Positions 1 through 20,910 of a stretch of 64,000 nt of DNA are shown one piece after another. Source of the DNA: Eledone cirrhosa (lineage: Eukaryota). The stretch's first letter is position 1. Every line of letters begins with the position of its first letter. The stretch is taken from positions 8,556,001-8,620,000 of the forward strand of contig OZ024761.1 of NCBI GenBank assembly GCA_964016885.1, written 5' to 3'. The notes under the pieces are model-generated. The model saw nothing but the letters and a program-made list of their open reading frames with translations. It was not told the DNA's origin and did no database searches. Position numbers and translations under genes: made by a program.

Positions 1-1607
<1,607 letters not shown>

Positions 1608-4600
1608 TCATCATCATCATCATCAACGTTTAACGTCCGTGTTCCACGCTTGCATGGGTTTGGACGGGGGTAGTCCCACTTGAGGCAAGAGTGATTGTCT
1701 TGCTCGCATAGGACTGTCTGGCAGGTTTTCTACAGTTGGATGCCCTTCCTAACACCAACCACATTTACAGTGTGGGTCTGGGAGGTTTTTACCGTGTTGC
1801 CTACACGGCCACATTACAGCGTGGACTGTGTGTTTTTTTGTCGTGACACCTACACGATCTCATTTGTTTCGGCCTGGATGGCGCGGCACCAACATAACTT
1901 TACATAGAACGGGGTGGTGTGGATGGGGTGGGGGTGGCGGCGGGAGGGGTGTATTTTGTTAGAGATGCCTACTGGCAAGGCGGGTCTTCTCTGTTACTGA
2001 GTACCGCCAAAGGTCACGGTCCAGTGACATTGTCTTGGAGAGGTGTAAGTGTGTGAGGTCGGAGTTTATCAGCTCATCCCATGTTTTTCTAGGTCTGCCT
2101 ATTCCGTGGCTACCGTCTATCTTTATTGCCCTGCACTTTGTAATACAGCTATCGACTTTCATGCGCATCACGTGTCCATACCAACGCAGCCTTCTCTCGA
2201 GTAAACAACATCTGATCCCTCTTATCTCTAATTTTTTCCTTAGTTCGTTTATGCTTTGCCGTTCACGTATATTACTGTTACACATCCAGCGGAGCATGCA
2301 AGCTTCGTTCCTCTCTAGTCTGCGTATATCCTCTGCACACAATGCCCAGGTCTCACTACCATGCAACATTGCTGTTCGTATGCAGGCATCGTACAACCTG
2401 CCTTTCATTTTTAGGGAGAACCCTTTAGCAGCTAATAGTGGTATAAGCTCTCTGAACTTTTTCCAACCAGTTCTGACTCTAGCTACAGTACTTTCAGAGC
2501 ACCCTCCCCACTGCTGATTTTATCGCCCAGGTAACGGAAGCTGTCCACTATTTCTATAAAACCCTCTGCGCAATTGAAAGAGCTAGTATTTTGTGGGCAC
2601 TTGCTGCTACTTATTGCACCAGAACACCGGCCACATGTAAAGTCTATGTTCTTAGTTAGCTTACCTGTGATCCCACTACATCTTTTATGCACCCATACTT
2701 TGCATTTAGGACATAAGATGGAGTTTCTACCTACGCCTTTCCTACATACCGAGCACGACCATTTCCCAGAAGGGACCGCCGCCTTGTTTTCTTTCCTACA
2801 AACTAGAACTTTGGTCTTAGCCAGGTTAATTTTAAGTCCTTTGACTCTAGGCCGTGCTTCCATGTTTGGAATTTCTTCTCTAGCTCGGCCATTGATTCCG
2901 CTATGAGTGTCAGGTCGTCTGCGTATAGGAGTTCCCATGGGCAGCCTGTCTTGAACTCCTCTGTTATAGCCTGAAGGGCAATAATAAATAGTAGGGGGCT
3001 GAGAACAGAGCCCTGATGGACGCCAACTTTTACGCTAAACTCTTCACTATATTCGTTGTTAATTCTAACCTTGCTGACTGTTTCTTTATACATGGCTTGT
3101 ATAGCCCTCACAAGCCATTCGTCAACGCCTAGTTTTCTAAGAGCCCACCAGATAATGGAGCGGGGGACTCTGTCGAAGGCTTTCTCCAGGTCGACAAAAG
3201 CTAAGTAGAGGGGTTTACCTTTAGCTAGGTACTTCTCCTGTAGTTGTCGTACTATGAAAAGAGCGTCTGTGGTGCTTTTGCCTGACACAAACCCGAACTG
3301 CATTTCATCTAGATCAATTCTCTCTCTGATTAGTTGCGCTATTACTTTTTCCGTGACCTTCATGACCTGGTCGATTAATTTAATGCCTCTATAGTTACTC
3401 CTATCTAGGGCGTCTCCTTTACCCTTATAACAGTTAACGATGATGCTGCTATGCCAGTCCTTCGGAACAACCCCATTCTGTACGACTTGGTTAACTATGC
3501 GGGTGACCATGGTGTGTCCCACCGTGCCAGATGCCTTCAGCATCTCAGCAACTATTTCCGAAGGCCCAGCCGCCTTACCAGTCTTCATATCCTTGATTGC
3601 CTTACTTATTATACTCCCCTCGACTAACACTGCTGGTCCCTCTATCGGGTCGATATGGGGGAGACTGTCTTTCTCCCATTTATTCTCCTCATTTAGTAGC
3701 CTTTCATAGTGACACTTCCAAGCTACCTTCTTATCAGTGTCGGTGATGGCAAGTATGCCATCATCGTTAAGTACACACTTCTCCCCGACAATATCACGGT
3801 TTTCCTTGACGCATTGCCTGGCAATCCTGAACACCTCACGTTTTTGGTCATCGCGTTGTAGAACATGCTTGAACTTTCTTTCCTCAGCTTCCCTTCTTGC
3901 TAAGTACACTTCTCTCCTAGCTTCCCTCCTGGCCACTTGATAGTCTACTCTACTTCCCCCATCCCGCCATACTTTCCAAGCCTGCTTTTTGGCTTAATTG
4001 ACCCCTCCACCTTACTGTTCCACCACCATGTTACTCTCCTCCTGCCTACAGGCCTGCTCCAGCCCACAGACTTCGTCTGTCGCCAACAGCAGGTTTAGCT
4101 TTCAGAAATTTCCACTGTCCCTCTATATTGTCCGATTCTAGATGCTCTTCCTTACTGTCGAAAGCATCAAGTAATATGCTTTGAAATTTATTTCTGGCTG
4201 TGGGGTCTTTTAGTTTCCATATTTTCCTCCTGAGGATAGTCCTCTTCTGCTGTCGGGTGCGTCTCGTCCTGACTATGAGGTCGCTAATTATCAGTCTATG
4301 TTGGAGGTGCATTCTTCATGGGGGAGGGATTTAGTGTTTACAACAGACACTCTGTCACGTCTTCTGGTAAGGATATAATCTACCTGGCTTGTGTGTTCCC
4401 CGGATCTATAGGTAATCAGGTGATTGTCACGTTTTTTTGAAGTTAGTGTTACAGATAGTTAGGTTATTTGCATCACAGTATTCCAGAATTCTGGAGCCTT
4501 CCTCATTTCTAGTACCAAACCCATAGCCTCCATGGATTTCGTCATAGCCGTCACAATGTTGTCCAACGTGACCATTTAGGTCGCCTGCAATAATTATATA

Positions 4601-5343
4601 GTCACTGTCAGATATTTGGGAGGTAGTTAGCAACAGTGTCTCATAGAATCTGTCTTTTATAGTGCCGGGCAGTCCGGATTGGGGTGCGTACGCAGATATT
4701 ACTGTCACCGTAGTTCTATTGAGGACAAGTCTTATTTTAATTATTCTGTCGTTCACTCTATTTACGTCTATTATCTNNNNNNNNNNNNNNNNNNNNNNNN
4801 NNNNNNNNNNNNNNNNNNNNNNNNNNNNNNNNNNNNNNNNNNNNNNNNNNNNNNNNNNNNNNNNNNNNNNNNNNNNNNNNNNNNNNNNNNNNNNNNNNNN
4901 NNNNNNNNNNNNNNNNNNNNNNNNNNNNNNNNNNNNNNNNNNNNNNNNNNNNNNNNNNNNNNNNNNNNNNNNNNNNGTCTTATTTTAATTATTCTGTCGT
5001 TCACTCTATTTACGTCTATTATCTTATCTGCCCACTTTTCTGCTACATGATTCCTACTCCACCCAGCCCATCGTCGTTTCCCACCCAGAAAAGCTTATAA
5101 CATCGTTTTTTACCCTCAATGAATCTAGCAGACCCACCCCTCCACCTGGTCTCTTGAATACAACAAACATCGACCTCCTTACGTTCAAGCATTTCTACAA
5201 CCTCGTTAGAGCGACCCTTTAGGGTGCCTACATTTATGGTACCAACTCTGAAGTTTTGGGTTGCGTTTGGAGGGTGGGGGTGGTGGGGGGCGGGAGGAGA
5301 TAGGGTTATGTTAGCCATCCGCGGACGAAACAAAGAGGAGTGC
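1608..5343 (-). mobile_element. Near full-length RTE-clade LINE (family a): AP endonuclease + reverse transcriptase, long 3' UTR, (ATG)n tail
   Basis: Minus-strand ORF pieces give APE motifs ([32 protein letters not shown]) and RT motifs (QFGF, AFVDLEKAFDRV, GVHQGSVLSPLLF, LLYADD, FRYLG). They also give a PHD-like Cys cluster and [10 protein letters not shown] / GRPRKTW. (TCA)n at 1608-1625 is the 3' tail. Both ends abut (TA)n. Confidence 0.95.
4777..4976. other. Assembly gap (200 N) with duplicated flanks
   Basis: About 48 bp (gtcttattttaattattctgtcg...ttatct) is repeated on both sides of the N run. Confidence 0.95.
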
Positions 5344-9085
<3,742 letters not shown>

Positions 9086-9671
9086 GTGGCTGCCAACTCG
9101 TTTTCGAGTACGGCCACTACTTTATATCCATGTAGGAGAACTCCTACCGATGCGCTGAACGAGTGTGACATTTTAGTCCAGCTAGCTACTTGAAAACTCT
9201 GGTACAAACACTACACCTGTGACAATTATTGACACATAGTGCTGGGCCCATGGTTCCATGTGACGACAAGTGCAGAGAGATCTCCAGATATAAAGCAATG
9301 CCTGTGCCGTGAAGCTTTTATAGTGAGCAAAGGCACTGCACAAAGCCAGTCCCACTCTCTTAATCAAGATGATATTTACCAAAAGAAGAACAAGTCAACA
9401 TCATTGGATACCATCAGGGTTGCAGGTGTTATATCAGAGTTTTCCTTCTCCTAGAATTCTGCCTTTACAAAGGCTAAGGGTCATCTCTCCCGGTGATTTT
9501 GGATGGCCATTGACTCTTTGACAGGTTTTGTTTTTAGTCCTGCAGGATGTCCAAGTCACCCTCCTCACCAAGAAACCTTGGTGGGGTTGCCAGTTTAGTC
9601 GCCAACGACCCGACCATGAGACAGGTTGTACTGGGATACATGTTACCAGTAGCACCAACTGGTGACCTGAC

Positions 9672-9672
<1 letters not shown>
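9086..9672 (-). mobile_element. Complex-sequence island in (TA)n, probably the 5' UTR of an RTE-type LINE
   Basis: Minus strand contains ctaaactggcaaccccacc and ctaggagaaggaaaactctga, which resemble RTE 5' UTR motifs as recalled. No coding homology seen. Confidence 0.4.
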
Positions 9673-12004
<2,332 letters not shown>

Positions 12005-13243
12005 TCATCATCATCATCATCATCATCCGTTTAACGTCCGTGTTCCACGCTTGCATGGTTTGGACGGGGGTAGTCCCACTTGAGGCAAGAGTGATTGTTT
12101 GCTCGCATAGGACTGTCTGGCAGGTTTTCTACAGTTGGATGCCCTTCCTAACACCAACCACATTTACAGTGTGGGTCTGGGAGGTTTTACCGTGTTGCCT
12201 ACACGGCCACATTACAGCGTGGACTGTGTGTTTTTTTGTCGTGACACCTACACGATCTCATTTGTTTCGGCCTCGATGGCGCGGCACCACATACCTTTAC
12301 ATAGAACGGGGTGGTGTGGATCGGGTGGGGGTGGGGGTGGTGGGACGGGGTGTATTTTGTTAGAGATGCCTACTGGCTGGAGTAGGTTTTACTATATATT
12401 TAGGTAAGGCGGGTCTTCTCTGTTACTGAGTACCGCCAAAGGTCTCGGTCCAGTGACATTGTCTTGGAGAGGTGTAAGTGTGTGATGTCGGAGTTTATCA
12501 GCTCGTCCCAGGTTTTTCTAGGTCTGCCTATTCCCGTGACTACCGTCTATCTTTATTGCCCTGCACTTTGTTATACAGCTATCGACTTTCATGCGCATCA
12601 CGTGTCCATACCAACGTAGCCTTCTCTCGAGTAAACAACATCTGATCCCTCTTATCTCTAATTTATTCCTTAGTTCGTTTATGCTTTGCCGTTCACGTAT
12701 ATTACTGTTACACATCCAGCGGAGCATGCAAGCTTCGTTCCTCTCTAGTCTGCGTATATCCTCTGCACACAATGCCCAGGTCTCACTGCCATGCAGCATT
12801 GCTGTTCGTATGCAGGCATCGTACAACCTGCCTTTCATTTTTAGTGAGAACCCTTTAGCAGCTAATAGTGGTATAAGCTCTCTGAACTTTTTCCAACCAG
12901 TTCTGACTCTAGCTACAGTACTTTCAGAGCACCCTCCCCCACTGCTGATTTTATCGCCCAGGTAACGGAAGCTGTCCACTATTTCTATAGAACCCTCTGC
13001 GCAATTGAAAGAGCTAGTAGTTTGTGGGCACTTGCTGCTACTTATTGCACCAGAGCACCGGCCACATGTAAAATCTATGTTCTTAGTTAGCTTACCTGTG
13101 ATCCCACTACATCTTTTATGCACCCATACTTTGCATTTAGGACATAAAATGGAGTTTCTACCTACGCCTTTCCTACACACCGAGCACGACCATTTCTCCG
13201 AAGGGACCGCCGCCTTGTTTTCTTTCCTACAAACTAGTACTTT
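12005..13243 (-). mobile_element. 5'-truncated RTE family a copy in (TA)n
   Basis: Nearly identical to the 3' part of the 1608-5343 copy; ORF 12518-13180; (TCA)n tail. Confidence 0.95.
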
Positions 13244-13251
13244 GTATATGT

Positions 13252-13449
<198 letters not shown>

Positions 13450-13456
13450 GTATATA

Positions 13457-13561
<105 letters not shown>

Positions 13562-13574
13562 GTGTGTGTATATA

Positions 13575-15300
13575 TCATCATCATCACCGTTTTACGTTCC
13601 TTCTTCCACGCTAGCTTGGGTTAGACGGGTTGTCCTGTTGTGGGCAGTGTCCGGTCGGTTGACCTTGTCTTGTTCATACGGGAACTGATTCTGGGTGCTT
13701 TTTGTCCATGGCGCCTACACGTCTACTTTACAGTGTGGGCTGGGTGCTTTTTTGCCGTGGCACCTCCACGACCTCTTTGCAGTGGGAGGGTGTGGGGGCA
13801 TATTGTCTATATGCTTCAGCTTCGGCGTGTACCCGTGGGGAGTAGGGTCTTCTGTATTACTTTGTGACACCAAAGGTCACGGTCGTGTGTCATCGCCTTT
13901 GAGAGGTGTTTTTGGCTAAGGTCGGCTTTTATCATGTCATCCCAGGTCTTCTTGGGTCTCCCCACTCTGCGGTTTCCATCGACTTCTAGTACTCTGCACC
14001 TTTTTATGCAGCTGTCATCCTTCATGCGCATCATATGTCCATACCAACGCAACCTCCTCTCCTGCCCACATTTGATTCCTCTTATGCTCAATCTCTCTCT
14101 CAATTCATTTATGCTTTGCCGTTTGTGTATATTACTATTACACATCCATCGGAGCATGCAGGCTTCATTTCTTTCTAATCTACACAAGTCTTCCACTGTC
14201 AGCGTCCAGGTCTCACTACCATGTAACATTGCTGTTTGTATACACGCACCATACAGTCTGCCTTTCATTTTGAGGGAAAAGTCTTTTGCAGCTAGCAGTG
14301 TTAGTAACTCCCTGAACTTCTTCCATCCCATTCTTACCCTAGCATGGCCTCAGCCGGATGGCTGGAGCAGGTAAAAGAGTAGTTATTGTACTTTCCAAAC
14401 ACCCACCTCCGCTGCTAATTCGGTCACCTAGGTAGCAGAAGCTGTCTACTGTTTCTACAGAGCGCTCCCAGAGATTGGTGGTACTTGTTTCCTGCTTACT
14501 GTCCCAGCACAGCTGCTACATATGAAGCCTACATTCTTAGTTAATCTTCCTGAGATGCTGCTACATCTCTTGTGTACCCATTGTTTGCATTTGGAGCAGA
14601 GAATGGAGTTCCTACCTTTCCTACATACTGAGCAAGGCCATTTCCCTGAGGGGATCTGGGTTGTGTTTTCTCGTCTACTTACAAGAACCTTAGTCTTTGT
14701 CAGATTGACTTCTTCTCTAGTTCTACCATAGATTCAGCTGTAAGTGCGAGGTCATCTGCATACAGGAGTTCCCATGGGCATCCGGTCTTAAACTCCTCCG
14801 TTATTGCCTGCAGGACTATGATGAACAGGAGAAGACTAAGAACAGAGCCCTGGTGGACCCCAACCTGTACGCTAAATTCCTCGTTATACTCATTGCTAAT
14901 CCTAACTTTGCTGACTGCTCCCCTATACATGGCTTGTACAGCTTTCACAAGCCATTCATCTACTCCTAGTTTTCTAAGAGCCCACCAGATTATAGCACGT
15001 GGAACTCTGTCAAAGGCTTTCTTGAGATCGACAAATGCCAGGTAGAGTGGCTTACTTTTAGCTAGGTACTTTTCCTGTAACTGTCTCACAAGGAAGAGGG
15101 CATCAGTGGTGCCTCTTCCTGGCACAAACCCAAATTGCATCTCATCTAGTTTCACCCAGTCCCTAATCAACTGTGCTATAACTCTTTTTGTTACTTCCAT
15201 GACCTGGTCCATCAGCTTTATACCTCTATAGTTTCCTCTATCTAGTGCATCACCTTTAGCTTTGTAGCAGTTGACAATGATGCTACTGCACCAATCCTTT

Positions 15301-15302
<2 letters not shown>
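13575..15302 (-). mobile_element. 5'-truncated RTE family b copy (different 3' UTR), flanked by (TA)n
   Basis: ORFs 14700-15212 (RT core, YADD) and 13816-14331 (C-terminus); (TCA)n tail. Confidence 0.93.
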
Positions 15303-15361
<59 letters not shown>

Positions 15362-15370
15362 ATATATATA

Positions 15371-16041
15371 TGTGTTTTTTTGTCGTGACACCTACACGAC
15401 CTCATTTATTTAGGACTGGATATTGTGGTACCAACATAGCTGTCGAAAGGAGTGGTGTAGATGACGGTGGGGGTAGGGTTAGTGGGATAGGGGTGTATTT
15501 TGGTTAAGAGGTGGCTACTGACTGTAGGTTTCACTTTGTACTTAGGCAAGGCAGGTCTTCTGTATTACTACGTAGCGCCAAAGATCTCGGTCCAGTGACA
15601 TTGTCTTGGAGAGGTAAGTGTGTGAGGTCAGATTTTATCGAGTTTTTCTGTGTCTGCCTACTCCGTAGCTACCGTCTATTTTGATCGCCCTGCACTTTTT
15701 TTATACAGCTGTCGTCTTTCATGAGCATCACGTGACCATACCAACGTAGCCTTCTCTCTCGAGTAAACAGCATCTGACCCCTCTTATTCCTAATTTCTCA
15801 CTTAGTTCATTTATGCTTTGCCGTTCGCATATATTACTATTACACATGCAACGGAGCATGAAAGCTTCGTTTCTCATCAGTCTGCATAGATCCTCTGCAC
15901 ACAAGGCCCATGTCTCACTGCCATGTAACATTGGTGTTCGTATGCAGGCATCATACAGCCTGCCTTTTATTTTTAAAGAGAAACCTTTAGCAGCCAATAG
16001 TGGTATAAGTCCTCTGAAATTTTTCCATCCCGTTCGGACTC
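15371..16041 (-). mobile_element. Diverged RTE family a-like 3' fragment
   Basis: ORF 15728-15997 matches the RT C-terminus; partial 3' UTR. Confidence 0.88.
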
Positions 16042-16406
16042 CTTATATATACATATATATATATATATATACATATATATATGCATATATACATACACAT
16101 ATACATACATATATACATATGTGCATATATATACATATATACATACATATATATATGCATATATATATACGCATATATACATATATATATATATGCATAT
16201 GTGCATATATATATACGCATATATACATATATATATACGCATATATACATACATATATATATATATGCATATATATGTATATGCATATATATATATATAT
16301 ATACATAAATATATATATACATATACATATATACACCCCGTATATGTATATATATATATATATACATATATATAAATACATGATGATGATGATGATGATA
16401 TATATA

Positions 16407-16732
16407 TCATCATCATATGTCCGTTTTTCCCTGCTTGCAAGGGTGGAACGGGAACTGATTCTGGCTTGATTTCTACAGCTGGATGCCCTTCCTAACACCA
16501 ACCTCATTTACAGGGAGTGCTGGGTGCTTTTTTGCCGTGGCACCTCCACGACCACTTTGCAGTGGAATGATAGGGACCCCTGCCCCTATCATCTCATTTC
16601 TACAGCTGAGTAAACTGGAGCAATGTGAAATAAAGTGTCTTGCTCAAGGAAACAACATATCACTCGGTCTGAGAATTGAACACATAACCTTTCGATTGCA
16701 AGGAGAGTTCTCTAACCACTAAGCCATGTGCC
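16407..16732 (-). mobile_element. tRNA-derived SINE with CORE/Meta-like central domain and RTE family c-type 3' tail
   Basis: A-box TGGCTTAGTGG, degenerate B-box, CCTTGAGCAAGACACTTTATTTCAC domain, and a tail matching the LINE end at 39738-39822. Confidence 0.88.
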
Positions 16733-16742
16733 TACATATACA

Positions 16743-16878
16743 TCCGCCGAGGTTTACTTTGCCTTTCATCCTTACGGGGTCGATAAAATAAAGCGGTGGT
16801 CGATAAAATTACGGGGACGATAAAATGCCAGTAATGCACTGGGTAATTGCTGGCCTTGTGCCAAAAGTAGAAACAATT
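16743..16878 (+). mobile_element. 3' half of a Nin/Deu-domain SINE
   Basis: GCCTTTCATCCTTACGGGGTCGATAAAAT domain and GTAGAAACAATTAT tail, as in the full copies. Confidence 0.8.
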
Positions 16879-16919
16879 ATATGTATGTATGTATGTATAT
16901 ATATATATATATACATATA

Positions 16920-17123
16920 GCGAGGGAAAAGTGGTAAGGAACCAGGTGGACCATAACGCACCAAAGTACTCAATACTTAGGGTAGTAGAGTGGGTAATAG
17001 GAGTAAGTAAGACCCCGACGGCTGAGCTCAAGCCGTTTCGACGGCTAATTCTGTCTGTACTCAGAAGTACAGAATTAGCCGTCGAAACGGCTTGAGCTCA
17101 GCCGTCGGGGTCTTACTTACTCC

Positions 17124-17126
<3 letters not shown>
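16920..17126 (-). mobile_element. Fold-back element family A, copy 1 (58-bp perfect inverted repeat plus ~77-bp unpaired tail), PLE-terminus-like
   Basis: Arms 16997-17054 and 17069-17126 are reverse complements; GTCGAAAC motif; flanked by (TA)n; homologues at 20638 and 21483. Confidence 0.85.
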
Positions 17127-17170
<44 letters not shown>

Positions 17171-17218
17171 ATATATATATACATATATATATATACACAT
17201 ATATACCTATATATATAC

Positions 17219-17251
<33 letters not shown>

Positions 17252-17711
17252 ATGGTGTGTATGGAATTAAAAAAAGCACTAAAAGCAATTATTCTAAAAC
17301 CGATACCGGTCACCAAAAGATATGTTAAAAAAAAAAAATGTTTTAAAATGTTTAAATGTTTAAAAAATAATAAAATAAGGTATAAAGAGGAGAAATCAAA
17401 ATATAATCCAATAAAAGCCGAATATTTCCATAATAAAAAAAAATTGATTTAATATAAAGTGTTGAAGTTAGGAATGAATTTTTGCTTGTTAATTTCTATT
17501 TATTAACCGCGATATTTCTATAGAGGAAGGATGAAGGTGATGTGAGACTGACAATAACATCTTGACGAATAAAGAAAAGGTGAACAAATGTTCAAGCTCG
17601 TTATTATATATATATATATATATAATAAATGTGTATATATATAATATATATGTATATACATAGGGTGTCACAAAAAAATGTAGACAGACTTTGATTATTT
17701 TGCGGGCACAT

Positions 17712-17743
<32 letters not shown>

Positions 17744-17757
17744 AACATACACACGCA

Positions 17758-17833
17758 CAGGGTGTCCCCAAAAAACGTATACACACTGATTAGAATTATG
17801 TTAAAGTTTGTATACATTTGAGGGGGGACCCTG
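17758..17833. mobile_element. Tiny Tc1/mariner-type MITE (CAGGGTGTCCC-type TIR); decayed sibling at ~17661-17714
   Basis: cagggtgtccccaaaaaacgtatac ... gtatacatttgaggggggaccctg followed by TA. Confidence 0.6.
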
Positions 17834-18218
17834 TACGTATAATATATATATATGAAGTTAGCTGACATTTTTACTAACCGTAGAAACAAAGATTAATTAA
17901 ATCTACTACTACACAGATGTATTTATGTGTACCTCTGTATATATATATAGTATACACACATATCGGTGATGTGTACCTATGTATATATATCATACATTAT
18001 ACATACATATCGGTGAGGCACACACCAGGAAAATTTCCACAGAATCTGTTAACGGTAGAAGCCTCCTTTAATATGTATATATGTATATATATGTATGTTT
18101 GGAAATGTGGGAATACCAAAAGCAGAAAAGTAACCAACAACAGTCGATCGTTATAAATTATAGCTTAGAAAATCATGTAAAATACCCCTAGAGACGGACT
18201 TAAAGAACAGCAACCGCT

Positions 18219-18247
<29 letters not shown>

Positions 18248-18249
<2 letters not shown>

Positions 18250-18441
18250 ATATAGAAATGGCTTCTACAGGACTAGAACTGTTTCATTTGAAGGAAATCA
18301 CCAGGAGGGCCCTGATGACTTCCTTTGAATGAAACAGTTCTAGTTCTGTAGGAACTATTTCTATATTAAATATTGTATATACTGTTATGTATTGAGTACC
18401 TTACTTACTGTGGTTACCCCCCGATTGAACCCGGGATACTC
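18248..18441 (+). mobile_element. Fold-back element family B with hammerhead core and unpaired tail
   Basis: Imperfect inverted arms 18248-18305 / 18311-18368. CTGATGA-cttcctttgaat-GAAACAG-ttctagtt-CTGTA. Tail contains TATTGAGTAC; (TA)n on both sides. Confidence 0.8.
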
Positions 18442-18800
18442 ATATATATATATGTATATATATTAATGTGGTTCATAAAACCCCCCAAACCAAGACAGCT
18501 AGGGGTTATTCTTCCTTTCCTTTACTCCGTTTTCGTAATCGATATGAAGTATATGAGTAAACATTTACGGTAAAAATGCAAGATCAATGAGCTTACTATA
18601 TATTCGGAGTTTTTTTGTTTTTTTTTCCAGTTTTTTGTCTTTCTTTTACCGAAAAGATAAGCAATGAAAGGTGAATGTACAAATAATAGAGAATCAACGC
18701 CACTACTAGAAGAAACATCGAGCTTTCGTTTCAATCATGGAATTTGTACACTGAAATATAAGGATGTATAGCGGCATCTTCTGAATATATGTGTATGTTG

Positions 18801-18887
<87 letters not shown>

Positions 18888-19076
18888 CACACACATATAT
18901 ACACATATATATACACATATATACACATATATATATATATATATATACACATATATATATATACATATATATACTCATTGTGTTAATGTTTGAACATTTT
19001 GTGTACACTACTATTTAAAACAATCCCTCGTCGTTGTTGTTGTTGTTGTTGGTGTGTGTGCGTGCGCGTATGTATG

Positions 19077-19113
<37 letters not shown>

Positions 19114-19143
19114 GTATATGTATGTGTGTGTGTGTATGTACGT

Positions 19144-19257
19144 AAAATGTTCGAACATTAACTGCATTAGCACTCAATACATGTGAGCAGTATGAAATTT
19201 ATTTTTCTGAAGAAAAAGGTAGCAGAAATTTTGAAGTTTCGGGGAATGCCTCTTCTG
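19144..19257 (-). mobile_element. Decayed PLE-terminus-like unit
   Basis: Minus strand reads cagaaga-gg-cattcc-cc-GAAAC ... AATAAA ... TATTGAGTGC, between microsatellites. Confidence 0.5.
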
Positions 19258-19273
19258 TGTGTGTGTGTGTGTT

Positions 19274-19318
<45 letters not shown>

Positions 19319-19849
19319 AAACACACATATACATATATATATATATATATATAATATATATATTTATATATATATATATATGCTCGTTTTGCTTTGTGGT
19401 AGATGAAATATCCTAAGATTTTGTATAGGAAATGTGTAGTACAACAGCTCAAATATGACACGTGCAAGTGGAATGTGGTAAAAGCAAAAAAAAAAGGGAT
19501 ACAAAATGAGAATTTGGAGCTTTGTTTAGTCTGGAATAATTGGGATGAGGGCTTAGAATGGAATAAAAATATAATTTCAAAATAAATAAATGAGAAATTA
19601 TCTCGTTTAGAGCTACTCCAGCTACAACTACCACCACCTCAACCTCCGGCATTTCAAGTGTTTTAGAAAGCAAAGTATTGATGACAGGACACAAAGTCGG
19701 GGATCAAAGGTTGGCCCCTCACTTTATGACCATCATGGCAATAAAAATCCTGAGAACATATTTTCGAGATATACACACATACATACATATATATACATAT
19801 ATATGTGTGTATATGTACCTATATACATAAACACAACACAACTACTTAC

Positions 19850-19903
19850 TGCTTTATCATCCAGATCCTCCCAACTGTCCAGTACTTCACCGTCGTCAGC
19901 CAT
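19850..19903 (-). CDS. Probable first coding exon (MADDGEVLDSWEDLDDKA) of an SZRD1-like SUZ RNA-binding domain protein
   Basis: ATG followed by 18 codons ending at a perfect GTAAGT donor (19849-19844). The peptide resembles the SZRD1 N-terminus as recalled (MEDEEVAESWEE...). Downstream exons were not identified in the window. Confidence 0.55.
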
Positions 19904-20403
19904 AGTTCAATGTAACTGGAGTCAACTGGATGTTTCGAATGCTAGAAACATTGGCTTAATAATCTTCTCAGACAACAACAAAAAAAGTATAATGTTTTTA
20001 AAAAAAAGAGATGAGAGAGAGAGAGAGAGAAAGAAAGAGACAACTCCTCTACAATTTTTCACGGTGGAAAAACGTAAAGTAGTTGTTTCTTTTGAAAAAT
20101 ATTTCTGTCTTAAAACAAAGGACCGATAACCTAAGACAGACAAATTACCTCCCCTGATAAATTAAAATAGCACCTGCCGGGACCTTGCTTGCAAAAAAAT
20201 ATATATATGGTTCACTGCCTTGGTGTCTTTTATTTATTTGTTTTTTCATCTTCTATTTTGGTAGTTATTCCAGCATTTAATGTTTTCCCTCCCATCAAAC
20301 ATTTAAAAAAATTGCTTTCATTTTGGAAATAACAGCCGAGAACATCTGTAGTCTTTAAAAAATTTCGGATTTAACAAAAAAGTTAAAAGCTTTATCTTTC
20401 TCC

Positions 20404-20469
<66 letters not shown>

Positions 20470-20637
20470 GTATATATATATAAATAGAGAGAGTATATAT
20501 ATATATGTATGTATATATAGTATATATATATATAGAGAGAGAGGGAGAGTATATATATATATATTTATATAGAGTATATATATTATGTATGTATGTATGT
20601 ATGTATATATATATATATATATATAAAACAAAGCAAT

Positions 20638-20820
20638 TGTGGTAACGAACCAGATGGACCATAACGCACCAGAGTACTCAATACTTAGGGTAATGGAGTG
20701 GGAAATAGGAAAAAGTATGACCCCGACGGCAGAGCTCAAGCCGTTTCCACGGCTATTTCTGGACTATAATAGCCGTCGAAACGGCTTGAGCTCTGCCGTC
20801 GGGGTCATACTTTTTCCTAT
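20638..20820 (-). mobile_element. Fold-back element family A, copy 2
   Basis: Arms 20705-20757 / 20768-20820 (1 mismatch); same unpaired tail as copy 1; ends at CCTAT-(AT)n. Confidence 0.85.
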
Positions 20821-20852
20821 ATATATATATGTGTGTGTGTGTGTATATATAA

Positions 20853-20909
<57 letters not shown>

Positions 20910-20910
<1 letters not shown>

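Noticed and set aside
18640-18790. Candidate second exon of the SZRD1-like gene
   Set aside because: The phase-0 join hits a stop after 14 codons and shows no SUZ-family similarity.
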